48,885 nt of DNA, from the NCBI GenBank assembly GCA_041637915.1, contig JBFKXW010000001.1, forward strand, positions 1-48,885. The letters are read 5' to 3'. Below, piece after piece: positions 37,205 to 47,076 of this stretch (positions within the stretch are counted from its first letter, which is position 1; every line of letters begins with the position of its first letter). Source of the DNA: Pseudomonadales bacterium (GTDB taxonomy: Bacteria > Pseudomonadota > Gammaproteobacteria > Pseudomonadales > JBFGWM01). Under the pieces are notes generated by a model, which was not told the origin of the DNA, searched no databases, and saw only the letters and a program-made list of their open reading frames with translations. The position numbers and the translations under genes are program-made.

Positions 37205-37809
37205 CCGATCCGAGACACTTTCAGGAGTTTCTTCAAATCATCCAGCAAGGCTCTGGGGTCATCCTCCGGCGTGTAGCGGAGGATCAGGTTCCCGAGCGGG
37301 TCCGCCAGATACAGTGCGCCGGTTCCTTCCGGAATCTGGCATGCATGAACGTTTTCCGCGCAGACCAGAAACTGGTACCCGGGAAATTGTTGCGCCAGTT
37401 TCGCGCGCGTCGCCGCATCCGGTGCTGCCGGGATGGCCAGATAGAAACGCTCAATACGATCCTGCAACCGCCCGGTGGCGATATGGGACTGGCGCGCATG
37501 GTGCAGCATCTCCTCGCAGGCCTGATCACATTGCGGACCACCCGCGTAGACCAGCTTCCAGCCGGTCTTCGGGCCCACGTTCCACTGTGCTTCCATATCC
37601 ACGTGTGCCCAGTTTTCAATCGGCAGTGGGCGCGCCGGCTGCAGCATCGAACCCTTGTTGGTGCGCGCATCCGGCACCCCAAAGCCACCAAAGTACATGG
37701 CCATTGCCAGCAGCACCGGCGTCAACGCAATAGCAAACAGCAACAGGAGGTTGCGGCGCCCGCGCTGTACGTCGATTGGCTGTGGAGATTCACTTTCACC
37801 CATGTTCAT
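37201..37809 (-). CDS. Membrane-anchored Sco/thioredoxin-like protein of unknown function in the cox assembly cluster.
   Basis: One N-terminal TM segment. WKLVYAGGPQCDQACEEML (CxxxC) and ALYLADPLGNLILRY align in pattern with the SCO1 motifs. Its stop overlaps the ctaA start (ATGA). Confidence 0.6.
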   Translation of the reverse strand: MNMGESESPQPIDVQRGRRNLLLLFAIALTPVLLAMAMYFGGFGVPDARTNKGSMLQPARPLPIENWAHVDMEAQWNVGPKTGWKLVYAGGPQCDQACEEMLHHARQSHIATGRLQDRIERFYLAIPAAPDAATRAKLAQQFPGYQFLVCAENVHACQIPEGTGALYLADPLGNLILRYTPEDDPRALLDDLKKLLKVSRIG

Positions 37810-37818
37810 TCACACTAT

Positions 37819-38568
37819 TCATTCATCGGATTGATCCAAGCGATCGGAATCCCGTCGCTGTCTCCGCAGGGCCACCAACGTCAGCAGCAGGAAAGCCGCC
37901 GCCAGGGAAAACCACTGCACTGCGTAACCGCGGTGCCGGTCCGGCCCCATCGTGTCACGCGGCCAGTCCAAACGGAGCGCACCGGCACTACCGGACCGCA
38001 GGCGCAGCACCGCCGGTTCCAGGTCCAGCCCAAAATGGCGGCCTATGATATCCGCCTGAACATAAGGCACAACCGGCACGACACGCCCCGGCACCGCCAG
38101 CGAATCAGGCAGCGAGCCCAGGAGCGGGCGTGGACTTCCGTAGACCTCGGCAAGGATCTCCAGTTCCCCCGTTTGTGCGGGGTTCTGCGGCAGGTGGGCA
38201 CGGTCCCCCGCAAAGGGAATCCAGCCTCGGTTGACCAGCACCACGCGCTCACTCGCAGCATCCCGGAACGGAACGACGACTTCAAACCCGGGGCGGCCAC
38301 CGCGCGTGCGATTGTCCAGAAACAGCGCGTGCTCATTCAGAAACCGACCTCGCAACCGAAGCTTCTGGTATGCATCCGCCAGGGTCACGATGCGCAGCGC
38401 GGTCCATTCCCCGGATGCCCCGGATCGGGTTCGCTCGGCCAGCATTCGCGCCTTTTCATCCGCACGACCCACTTGCCACTGGCCCAGTGAAAGACAGGTG
38501 ACGATCGCCAGAATCATGAGTGGCAGCCACCATGAGAAACCGTGCTGTCGGAATCGTTGGAAATACAT
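37819..38568 (-). CDS. SURF1 family cytochrome oxidase assembly protein.
   Basis: LSLGQWQVGRADEKARML and VLVNRGWIP motifs, with TM helices at both ends. ATG 38568 was chosen over the extended track start. Confidence 0.88.
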   Translation of the reverse strand: MYFQRFRQHGFSWWLPLMILAIVTCLSLGQWQVGRADEKARMLAERTRSGASGEWTALRIVTLADAYQKLRLRGRFLNEHALFLDNRTRGGRPGFEVVVPFRDAASERVVLVNRGWIPFAGDRAHLPQNPAQTGELEILAEVYGSPRPLLGSLPDSLAVPGRVVPVVPYVQADIIGRHFGLDLEPAVLRLRSGSAGALRLDWPRDTMGPDRHRGYAVQWFSLAAAFLLLTLVALRRQRRDSDRLDQSDE

Positions 38569-38633
38569 GAATTGACTTTGCACGCAGACGTACCCTACCG
38601 TGCGGCCTCCCACGCATTTGCCGGAGATACCGC

Positions 38634-38873
38634 ATGTGGCTGAAGGTCGCAATCGTCATCCTGCTGATTGGCGCGCTCATCAGCCTGGGGAGCGCGCTGG
38701 TTTTTCTCATCCGTGATCAGGGTAAACGGGAGCGAACCAAGAACGCGCTGTTCGTGCGCGTGGTGCTCTGTGCGTTGATCCTGGTATTGATCGTCTATGG
38801 GTTCGCCAGCGGGAAGCTCACCCCACATTCCCCGTACGGCCTACAGCCGCCCGGCAGCGAAACCGCCCGCTAG
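38634..38873 (+). CDS. Twin-transmembrane-helix small protein (DUF2909 / HIG1-like).
   Basis: 79 aa with two TM helices separated by RDQGKRERTKNALFVR. GGAGA lies 6 nt upstream of the ATG. The gene is embedded in the cox cluster. Confidence 0.7.
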   Translation: MWLKVAIVILLIGALISLGSALVFLIRDQGKRERTKNALFVRVVLCALILVLIVYGFASGKLTPHSPYGLQPPGSETAR

Positions 38874-38894
38874 GAAACCGCCTGCGCTCGCCGT

Positions 38895-39782
38895 TCAGAC
38901 CACGTAGACGAAGATAAACAGCCCGATCCAGACCACATCGACGAAGTGCCAGTACCAGGACGTGGCTTCGAACGCGAAATGGTTGTCGGCATCAAAATGG
39001 CCCTTCAGCACCCGAAGCAGCATGATGATCAACATGACCGTGCCGATCGTCACATGGGCGCCATGGAAGCCGGTCAGCATGAAAAAGGTTGTGCCGTAAA
39101 TACCGCTTTCCAGGGTCAGGCCGAGGTCACGGTAGGCGACCACGTATTCATGCGCCTGGAAGTACAGGAACACCAGGCCCAGCAGGATGGTCACCGCCAG
39201 CCAGAGCTTCAGTTGATAGCGGTTGTTTCTCTTCAACGCGTGGTGGGCAAAGGTCACCGTGAAGCTGGAGGTTACCAGCAGGATGGTGTTCAGCAACGGG
39301 ATGCCCCAGGCGGGAATGACTTCGCTCGGGCCCGGGAACGTCGCGTTATCCGGATTCTGAAACACGGGCCAGGCCGCCTCGAAGGCCGGCCAGAGCAATT
39401 CATGCGTGGAGGCGCCGTCACCTGCACCACCAAGCCAGGGTACGGATAAAACGCGTGCGTAGAAGAGTGCGCCGAAAAACGCCCCGAAAAACATCACCTC
39501 GGAAAAAATGAACCAGCCCATGCCCCATCGGAAAGAACGATCCATCTGATCGCTATACAGGCCGGCACGGCTTTCCTGCACAACCTGGCCAAACCAGCCG
39601 TAAAAGAAATAGGCCGTCAGCAGCGCGCCGGCAAAGAAAATAAGCAGACCGTTGGACTCTGTGCCATGGGTCATGTCATTCATCATGTTGCCAGCCCCGT
39701 ACACAGTCAGGAACAGGGCAATGGAGGCGATGATGGGCCACTTGCTCTGCTCGGGTACGTAATAAGTGCCTTGACTTGCCAT
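38895..39782 (-). CDS. coxC: Cytochrome c oxidase subunit III.
   Basis: 295 aa with seven TM helices and the conserved C-terminal FEATSWYWHFVDVVW. Confidence 0.95.
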   Translation of the reverse strand: MASQGTYYVPEQSKWPIIASIALFLTVYGAGNMMNDMTHGTESNGLLIFFAGALLTAYFFYGWFGQVVQESRAGLYSDQMDRSFRWGMGWFIFSEVMFFGAFFGALFYARVLSVPWLGGAGDGASTHELLWPAFEAAWPVFQNPDNATFPGPSEVIPAWGIPLLNTILLVTSSFTVTFAHHALKRNNRYQLKLWLAVTILLGLVFLYFQAHEYVVAYRDLGLTLESGIYGTTFFMLTGFHGAHVTIGTVMLIIMLLRVLKGHFDADNHFAFEATSWYWHFVDVVWIGLFIFVYVV

Positions 39783-39809
39783 GTTGACTCTCCAGTCTGG
39801 GTGCCGGAA

Positions 39810-40388
39810 TCAGTTCCGGTTCTGCGCCAATTCCTTGGTCTTTCTCGCTGCCTGCTCTGCATTGAACAGCGTATAGGACAGGGTCAGCGTGTGTACATCA
39901 TCCGGCAAATCCGGATCGATCATGAATCGCAGCGGTAATTCCGCATCTGCGCCAGCCGCCAATGGCTGCTGCTGAAAGCAGAAACACTCCACTTTGTGCA
40001 GGTACTTTGCGGCCAGCCCCGGTGACACACTGGGCACGGCCTGGCCGACCATGTCCTGCGCGGCCAGGTTACGCGCCCGGTACACGGTTTCCCGCACTTC
40101 GCCAGGGTGCACTTCAATCTCGAATTCGGCCGGCTGGAACTCCCAAGGCATGCCATCGTTGGTCGTGGCCATGAACTGGAGCCGCACGGTTCGACTTTCA
40201 TCCACCTGACCCGCCGTCACACCGGTATAACGATCACCACTGGTCTTGCCGTTGATACCGGTGACTTCGCAGAAAATGTCGTACAGGGGCACCAGCAGAA
40301 ATCCGAACGCGAACATACCGCCCACCACCAGCAGCGAACGACGCACCGTCCGGGCATGCGATGGGCTGCTGGTGGGCGTTTTTTCCAT
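39810..40388 (-). CDS. ctaG: Cytochrome c oxidase assembly protein CtaG/Cox11.
   Basis: LVPLYDIFCEVTGINGK plus the VECFCF copper-binding motif. ATG 40388 was chosen because the track start lies inside coxA. Confidence 0.9.
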   Translation of the reverse strand: MEKTPTSSPSHARTVRRSLLVVGGMFAFGFLLVPLYDIFCEVTGINGKTSGDRYTGVTAGQVDESRTVRLQFMATTNDGMPWEFQPAEFEIEVHPGEVRETVYRARNLAAQDMVGQAVPSVSPGLAAKYLHKVECFCFQQQPLAAGADAELPLRFMIDPDLPDDVHTLTLSYTLFNAEQAARKTKELAQNRN

Positions 40389-40411
40389 GGCTGATTCTGC
40401 CCGTCCCGAAC

Positions 40412-41998
40412 TCAGCGAACTTCCGGCGGAGTCGTGAAGCTGTGGTACGGAGCCGGCGATGGCAGGGTCCATTCGAGCCCTTCTGCGCCGTCCCAGACCT
40501 GCGCGGATACCTTGCGCCCACCCTTGATGCACTGGATGACAATCACCAGCAGGACCAGCTGGGTCACACCGAACAGAAACGCACCCACGGTGGAGACCAT
40601 GTTGAAGTCAGCAAACTGCAGGGCGTAATCGGGGATTCGACGCGGCATTCCGGCCAGCCCGACAAAGTGCATCGGAAAAAACGCAACATTCAGGCCAATA
40701 AACGAAAGCCAGAAGTGCAGACGGGACAGCGGCACGTTGTACATGTGGCCGGTCCATTTCGGCAACCAGTAATAGACGCCCGCCATGATCGCGAAGATCG
40801 CGCCCGGGATCAGCACGTAGTGGAAGTGCGCCACCACGAAGTAGGTGTCGTGGTACTGAAAGTCGGACGGTGCGATCGACAGCATCAGGCCGGACAGCCC
40901 GCCGATCGTGAACAGTACGATGAACGCAATGGAGAACAGCATCGGCGTTTCAAAGCTCAATGAACCACGCCACATCGTGGTCACCCAGTTGAACACCTTC
41001 ACGCCGGTAGGCACCGCGATCAACATGGTTGCGTACATGAAGAACAGTTCCGCCGCCAACGGCATGCCGACCGTGAACATGTGGTGTGCCCACACGATGA
41101 ACGACAGGAACGCAATCGAGGACGTCGCGTACACCATCGAGGTATAGCCAAACAACGGCTTACGGCTGAATGTCGGGATGATCTGCGACACGATACCGAA
41201 GCCGGGGAGAATCATGATGTACACCTCAGGGTGCCCGAAGAACCAGAACACGTGCTGGAACAGTACCGGGTCACCACCACCTGCTGCATTGAAGAAGCTG
41301 GTGCCGAAGTGGATGTCCATCAGCATCATCGTGACCGCGCCCGCCAGAACCGGCATGACGGCTATCAGCAGGTACGCCGTGATGAGCCAGGTCCATACGA
41401 ACAGCGGCATTTTCATCAGGGTCATGCCCGGTGCGCGCAGGTTGAGAATGGTTGCGATGATGTTGATCGACCCCATGATGGACGAGATGCCCATGAGGTG
41501 AACTGCAAAAATGAAATAGGTCACGCTGGGCGGCGCGTAGGTGGTCGAGAGCGGCGCGTAGAATGTCCAGCCGAAATTCGGCCCGCCACCTTCCATGAAC
41601 ATGGTGGAGATCAGCATCGCGAAGGCGAACGGCAGCAGCCAGAAGCTCCAGTTGTTCATGCGCGGGAGCGCCATATCGGGCGCACCCACCATCATCGGAA
41701 TCAGCCAGTTCGCCAGTCCGACAAAGGCCGGCATCACGGCCCCGAACACCATGATCAGGCCGTGCATGGTGGTCATCTGGTTGAAGAATTCCGGCTCAAT
41801 CAGCTGCAGGCCCGGCTGGAACAGCTCGGCGCGCAACACCATCGCCATCGAACCGCCGTAGAGGAACATGATGAAGCTGAACCACAGGTACATCGAACCG
41901 ATGTCCTTGTGGTTGGTGGTGAACAACCAGCGCTTGATGCCGGACTGCGGTCCGTGATGGTGATCGCCTGCAGCGTGGTGATCGACGACTGCGCTCAT
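40412..41998 (-). CDS. coxA: Cytochrome c oxidase subunit I.
   Basis: 528 aa with WFFGHPEVYIMILPGFG, HHMFTVG and other heme-copper oxidase signatures. Confidence 0.97.
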   Translation of the reverse strand: MSAVVDHHAAGDHHHGPQSGIKRWLFTTNHKDIGSMYLWFSFIMFLYGGSMAMVLRAELFQPGLQLIEPEFFNQMTTMHGLIMVFGAVMPAFVGLANWLIPMMVGAPDMALPRMNNWSFWLLPFAFAMLISTMFMEGGGPNFGWTFYAPLSTTYAPPSVTYFIFAVHLMGISSIMGSINIIATILNLRAPGMTLMKMPLFVWTWLITAYLLIAVMPVLAGAVTMMLMDIHFGTSFFNAAGGGDPVLFQHVFWFFGHPEVYIMILPGFGIVSQIIPTFSRKPLFGYTSMVYATSSIAFLSFIVWAHHMFTVGMPLAAELFFMYATMLIAVPTGVKVFNWVTTMWRGSLSFETPMLFSIAFIVLFTIGGLSGLMLSIAPSDFQYHDTYFVVAHFHYVLIPGAIFAIMAGVYYWLPKWTGHMYNVPLSRLHFWLSFIGLNVAFFPMHFVGLAGMPRRIPDYALQFADFNMVSTVGAFLFGVTQLVLLVIVIQCIKGGRKVSAQVWDGAEGLEWTLPSPAPYHSFTTPPEVR

Positions 41999-42034
41999 GG
42001 TGTGATCCTCTTCTCGAATTCTCTGGCTGGCGGC

Positions 42035-43165
42035 TTATTCGCCTTCCTTGATCTTGACGATGTCCATCGGCGTGACGACGTCCCCGGTGTCATTCCCCCA
42101 GGCGTTCCGCTCGTACGTCACAACGGCTGCGATATCCACTTCGGAAAGTTGCGGGCCGTAGGCGGCCATCATGGTCCCCGGGCGACCATTGATGATCACA
42201 TCGATGTGACCAGCACGGTCCTTGAGCATCATGTCGGTGCCCCGCAGGGAGGGGAAGGCGCCGGCGATGCCGCCACCATTGGCCTGGTGGCAGGCAGCAC
42301 AATTCTTGGCATAGACCTGTTCGCCACGCTCCATGAGTTCGGCCATGGTCCAGGTCTTGTTCTTCAATTCGGCTTCCTCGGCCGCCTGTTCCTTGCGGGC
42401 CAGCAGCCAGGCGTCGTAGTCCTCCTGGGATTTCACCTCGACCACGATGGGCATGAACCCGTGGTCCTTGCCGCACAGCTCAGCACACTGGCCGCGGTAG
42501 GTACCGATTTGCTCGGCTTTCGTCCAGGCTTCGTTGATGAAACCGGGAATCGCATCGCGCTTGACAGCCAGCTCAGGCACCCACCAGGAATGAATGACAT
42601 CGTTGGCGGTCACCAGAAAACGGACTTTCTTGTCCACCGGGATGACCAGCGGCTCGTCGACCTCCAGCAGGTAATTTTCGTTTTTCTCAATTTCGTTGTA
42701 GATCTCTTCCTTCGGCGTCGAAAGATTACTGAAAAAGCTGACGCCTTCGCCGAGATACTCGTACTGCCACTTCCACTGGTAGCCGTTCACCTTGATGTCG
42801 ATATCCGCATCACCGGTGTCATAGATCCGTACCAGCGCTCCGGTGGAGGGCACGGCCATCGCGATCAGGATCACGAACGGGACCACCGTCCAGATAATCT
42901 CCACCGTGGTGCTCTCGTGAAACTGGGAAGCCTTGGCGCCCTGTGATTTGCGGTGCGCGAAAATGGACCAGAACATGACGCTGAACACGACAATCCCGAT
43001 CACCACGCAGATCCAGAAGATCAGCATGTGCAGGCCGAAAATTTCGCGACTGACAGCAGTCACGCCTTCGGTCATGTTCAATTCCCACGCTGCCCGAGCG
43101 AGCGGGGAACCCATCATCAGGAGCGCGGCAGCCAGAACGGACCACCTCGGGTTCAGGAAGCGCAT
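42035..43165 (-). CDS. coxB: Cytochrome c oxidase subunit II with a fused C-terminal cytochrome c domain.
   Basis: CuA site HSWWVPE...CAELCGKDHGFM and the C-terminal heme motif CAACHQ. Signal peptide and two TM helices. Confidence 0.95.
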   Translation of the reverse strand: MRFLNPRWSVLAAALLMMGSPLARAAWELNMTEGVTAVSREIFGLHMLIFWICVVIGIVVFSVMFWSIFAHRKSQGAKASQFHESTTVEIIWTVVPFVILIAMAVPSTGALVRIYDTGDADIDIKVNGYQWKWQYEYLGEGVSFFSNLSTPKEEIYNEIEKNENYLLEVDEPLVIPVDKKVRFLVTANDVIHSWWVPELAVKRDAIPGFINEAWTKAEQIGTYRGQCAELCGKDHGFMPIVVEVKSQEDYDAWLLARKEQAAEEAELKNKTWTMAELMERGEQVYAKNCAACHQANGGGIAGAFPSLRGTDMMLKDRAGHIDVIINGRPGTMMAAYGPQLSEVDIAAVVTYERNAWGNDTGDVVTPMDIVKIKEGE

Positions 43166-43284
43166 GCGGCTTTCTCCATCGAATCTGTGACATCCTGTCG
43201 GGACTGCAGGCGACCCGATGAGTATCCAGCCGCAATTCCTGTCGGCCCGCTGATTCCGCCGGGGCGGATGCGCAGGAGGGCGGC

Positions 43285-43312
43285 ATTATAGCAACCGCTT
43301 TTGCGCGCACAA
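43285..43312 (-). promoter_or_regulatory. Promoter candidate for the cox operon.
   Basis: On the minus strand: TTGTGC (43312..43307), a 16-nt spacer, then TATAAT (43290..43285). A C immediately precedes the -10 hexamer (CTATAAT). Confidence 0.4.
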
Positions 43313-43334
43313 GCGAATGCGGCGGGTTCTTCCT

Positions 43335-43574
43335 TCAGGAGGGGTCTTTGCGTTTGCGCGGAAAGAATTTCAGCGTCACCGATTCCGCCGGCGCGGGCCG
43401 CTCGAGCCTGGTGGCCGGGACGGCACCCGGCTTGTTGCTGGCACGGTCTGAAAAACCGCACGCAACGCATTCCCGGTGCGCGATATCCCCTTCCAGCCAG
43501 GCCTTGAGTTTGTCCATGGCGCCGCAGCCGGGACAAACCGCGCCGGCGATAAACCGTTTGACTGGTTCGGACAT
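43335..43574 (-). CDS. yheV: YheV-family zinc-ribbon protein.
   Basis: KRFIAGAVCPGCGAMDKL...ECVACGF contains two CxxC pairs. The ATG at 43574 is preceded by GGAGG at 6 nt. Confidence 0.8.
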   Translation of the reverse strand: MSEPVKRFIAGAVCPGCGAMDKLKAWLEGDIAHRECVACGFSDRASNKPGAVPATRLERPAPAESVTLKFFPRKRKDPS

Positions 43575-43596
43575 CAGCAACCTCCGCTCCGTTGCG

Positions 43597-45627
43597 TCAG
43601 GCCGCCTTCAGGCCGCAACTTTCCAGCAGCGCATCGGGCTTGGGGTCCCGGCCACGGAAAAGCCGGAACAACTCCCGCGGGTCTTCCGAGCCACCGCGGG
43701 CCAGGATATGGCGGTAAAAATCGGCGCCACAGGCAGCGTCGAACACACCCTCCTCGCGGAACCGCGAGAAAGCATCGGCCGAAAGCACCTCGGCCCACTT
43801 GTAGCTGTAATAGCCAGCAGCATAGCCGCCGGAGAAGACATGGGTGAAGCTGTGCGTGTACCGGTTCGAGGCCGGCAATTCCAGGTAGCCGGTAATTTCA
43901 CGCACCTCGGCCAGCACCTCACGCACCGGACGCAAGCCGCTGGTTCCGGCCGCGTGCAGGCGCAAATCCAGCAGGGAAAACTCCACCTGCCGCAGCATCT
44001 GGATGCCACTCTGGAAATTGCGCATGGCGAGCATGCGCTCCAGCATCTCCGCCGGCAGCGGCTCGCCGGTTTCGTAATGGGCAGAAATGGTGGAAAGCGC
44101 CTCCGGTTCCCAGCACCAGTTTTCCAGAAACTGGCTGGGCAATTCCACGGCATCCCAGGGCACGCCATTGATGCCCGATACATCGAGATATTCGATTTCG
44201 GTCAGCATATGGTGCAGGCCATGCCCAAATTCGTGGAACAGCGTGATGACCTCATCGTGGGTCAGCAGCGCCGGGCGGCCTCCGCTGGGCGGCATGAAGT
44301 TGCACACCAGATACGCCACCGGCCGCTGCATAGTACCGTCCGCGCGGCGCCGTCGACTGCGATAGTCATCCATCCAGGCGCCGCCGCGCTTGTGCTCGCG
44401 CGCGAACGGATCCAGATAGAACCAGGAAATGGCCTCACCCTCGCGACGCACCTCAAACAGGCGCACATCCGCATGGTAGGTGGCGAACCCGTCGAGTTGC
44501 ACGACCTCGATGCCAAACAGGCGCCCGACAATCTCAAACAGGCCATGAAGCACCTTTTCCAACGGGAACCAGGGGCGCAGTTCCTCTTCGCGCAACTCGT
44601 AGCGTGCCTCGCGCAGGCGCTCGCTGGCAAAACTCATGTCCCAGGCCTGCAGATCTTCCAGCCCGAGTTCACTGGCAGCGAATGCCCGCAACTCGACCAT
44701 TTCCTGCTCTGCAAAGGGGCGGGAACGCTCCGCCAGTTCCAGCAGGAAGGTTTCCACCTCCTCGCCGGTTTCCGCCATCTTTGTTGCCAGCGAGTAGGCC
44801 ACGTAATCCTCGAAGCCAAGCAGGCGGGCCAGCTCCTGCCGGTGTTGCCGGATCTCATCCATGATGCCGGAGTTGTCCCATTTTCCGGCATGCGGGCCCT
44901 GGTCCGACGCGCGCGTGCTATAGGCGTGGTACAACTCTTGCCGCAATTCGCGGTTTTCCGCGTGGGCCATGACAGCAAAGTAGCTGGGAAAATCCAGCGA
45001 GATCCGGTATCCCGTTTCACCGCGCGACTCTGCCTCGGCCCGGAACCGGTCCAGACTGGACGCAGGCACGCCTTTCAGTTCGGTGGCATCGGCAAGCACC
45101 CGCGACCAGGCATTGGTGGCGTCCAGCACGTTGTCAGAAAAACGGCTGGTGAGCTCGGTCAGCATGCGCTGCAGGTCCCGAAAGCGGTCCTTCTGATCCT
45201 TCGGCAGCGCAACACCGGCAAGACGGAAATCGCGCAATGACTGTTTCAGCACCATGCGCTGGGCAGGATCCAACGCTTCATCGGACGCGTCCACGGCTTG
45301 CACCGCCTCGAACAACGACTGGTTCTGACTCAGCTCTGCCGCGTAATCGGAGATCTTCGGCAGGCAGGCGTTGTAGGCCTTCCGCAGCGCTTCATTATTG
45401 CGCACGGCGTTCAGATGACTAATCGGCGACCAGGCCTGCGAAAGCCGGTCGTCCAGTTCTTCCAGCGGCAACAACAGGGACGACCAGGTTCGTTCCGCCT
45501 GCGCCAGCAGCGTATTCACCTCCGTCCGGTTCTCCGCCAGCAATTGATCGATGGTTGCTTCAATTGCCTCCGGCTGCACTGCATGGAAAGCCGGAAACTC
45601 AGGTCGGGTCAGCAATTCTTGGCTCAT
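43597..45627 (-). CDS. prlC: Oligopeptidase A (M3 metallopeptidase).
   Basis: The zinc motif TLFHEFGHGLHHMLT. It is 676 aa from ATG 45627 (MSQELLTRPEFPAF); the track ORF is extended to 45714. Confidence 0.95.
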   Translation of the reverse strand: MSQELLTRPEFPAFHAVQPEAIEATIDQLLAENRTEVNTLLAQAERTWSSLLLPLEELDDRLSQAWSPISHLNAVRNNEALRKAYNACLPKISDYAAELSQNQSLFEAVQAVDASDEALDPAQRMVLKQSLRDFRLAGVALPKDQKDRFRDLQRMLTELTSRFSDNVLDATNAWSRVLADATELKGVPASSLDRFRAEAESRGETGYRISLDFPSYFAVMAHAENRELRQELYHAYSTRASDQGPHAGKWDNSGIMDEIRQHRQELARLLGFEDYVAYSLATKMAETGEEVETFLLELAERSRPFAEQEMVELRAFAASELGLEDLQAWDMSFASERLREARYELREEELRPWFPLEKVLHGLFEIVGRLFGIEVVQLDGFATYHADVRLFEVRREGEAISWFYLDPFAREHKRGGAWMDDYRSRRRRADGTMQRPVAYLVCNFMPPSGGRPALLTHDEVITLFHEFGHGLHHMLTEIEYLDVSGINGVPWDAVELPSQFLENWCWEPEALSTISAHYETGEPLPAEMLERMLAMRNFQSGIQMLRQVEFSLLDLRLHAAGTSGLRPVREVLAEVREITGYLELPASNRYTHSFTHVFSGGYAAGYYSYKWAEVLSADAFSRFREEGVFDAACGADFYRHILARGGSEDPRELFRLFRGRDPKPDALLESCGLKAA

Positions 45628-45700
45628 GGTTCTACCGTCTGCGGGGCGCGGGTGTATTCTGCTATAGATTGATCGGCAACAACATGGACAATCTTCCGGC

Positions 45701-46249
45701 ATGACAGTTCGCAAATATCAGGGGGTAGCGCCCCAGCTGGGCGCACGGGTGTATGTGGACGAAACCGCCCTGGTAATCGGCGATGTGCATTTGGGTGCAG
45801 ACTGCTCGGTCTGGCCGATGGCGGTTGTGCGCGGGGACATGCACCGCATCCGGGTTGGGGAACGCTGCAGCATCCAGGACAACGCTGTGCTGCATATTAC
45901 CCATGCCAGTCGCTTCAACCCGGACGGTTTTGCGCTGCAGGTGGGGGACGACGTGACCATCGGCCACCGCGTCATTTTGCACGGCTGCACGCTGGGAAGT
46001 CGCATCCTGGTTGGCATGGGCGTGATCGTCATGGACGGAGCCGTCGTCGAGGACGAAGTCATCCTGGGGGCCGGTGCGCTGGTGCCCCCCGGCAAGCGCC
46101 TGCAGGGAGGCCACCTGTACACCGGCCAGCCGGCCCGCGCGATGCGTCCGCTCAAGGCGGAGGAACGCGAGTTCTTTCCCTACACGGCCGCCAACTATGT
46201 CCGGCTGAAGGACAACTACCGGAAAGAAGCCGGTACCGGCACGGATTAG
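45701..46249 (+). CDS. Gamma-carbonic-anhydrase-like / YrdA-type left-handed beta-helix protein.
   Basis: Hexapeptide repeats, with VWPMAVVRGD...IRVGERCSIQDNAVLH typical of the family. Confidence 0.88.
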   Translation: MTVRKYQGVAPQLGARVYVDETALVIGDVHLGADCSVWPMAVVRGDMHRIRVGERCSIQDNAVLHITHASRFNPDGFALQVGDDVTIGHRVILHGCTLGSRILVGMGVIVMDGAVVEDEVILGAGALVPPGKRLQGGHLYTGQPARAMRPLKAEEREFFPYTAANYVRLKDNYRKEAGTGTD

Positions 46250-47076
46250 ACCAGCGCCGCGCGCAACTGCCGGATCACCGGCGCGGTGTCCGGCCGTTGA
46301 CCGCGCCAGATCAGGAAGGACTCAGCAGCCTGTTCCACCAGCATCCCCAGGCCGTCCAGCGCCTGTGCGGCGCCCGCCGCGCGGGCCCAGGCCTGGAAGG
46401 CTGTTGGCGCGGCAGCGTAAATCATGTCATAGCAACAGGCATCTGCTGTGAGAATATGATCCGGCAGCGTGGGCAATGCGCCATGCAACCCGGCCGATAG
46501 GGCGCTGATCACCACATCGAAGGGGGGCAGTGCAGGCAAATGCTCCAGCCCCCCCGCAGTCACGCCAGCATGGTCCGGCACCAACTGGAGCATCTCTTCA
46601 GCCCGGGCAACCGTTCGGTTGGCGACGTGCAGGCGGGCGACCCCGGTCGCTAACAGCGCGCCCAGCACACTGCGCGCCGCACCGCCGGCGCCGAGCAACA
46701 GGATGCTGCGATCAGCCAGTGTCACGCCGTGGTTCTCCATCAGATCACGGACCAACCCGCGACCGTCGGTATTGTCACAATGAATCAGTCCGTCCGCCTC
46801 GCACCAGAGCGTGTTTGCCGCGGCGGCCGCCGCGGCTGCCGGGCCGGGCACCTGCGCGAGTGCGAACGCCGCCTGCTTGTGCGGCAGGGTGATATTCAGG
46901 CCGGCGCCGCCACCCTGAAAAAACGCCCGCACGGTTTCCGCGAACTTGTCCGGGGACACGCGCACCGCTTCGTAGCGCAAAGCGCTCCCGGTCTGCGCTG
47001 CAAAGGCGGCATGGATTTGCGGCGACCAGCTATGGGCGACCGGGTCACCGAACACCGCGTAGCGTGCCACACTCAT
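46246..47076 (-). CDS. aroE: Shikimate dehydrogenase.
   Basis: [24 protein letters not shown] and [11 protein letters not shown] motifs. Confidence 0.93.
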   Translation of the reverse strand: MSVARYAVFGDPVAHSWSPQIHAAFAAQTGSALRYEAVRVSPDKFAETVRAFFQGGGAGLNITLPHKQAAFALAQVPGPAAAAAAAANTLWCEADGLIHCDNTDGRGLVRDLMENHGVTLADRSILLLGAGGAARSVLGALLATGVARLHVANRTVARAEEMLQLVPDHAGVTAGGLEHLPALPPFDVVISALSAGLHGALPTLPDHILTADACCYDMIYAAAPTAFQAWARAAGAAQALDGLGMLVEQAAESFLIWRGQRPDTAPVIRQLRAALV

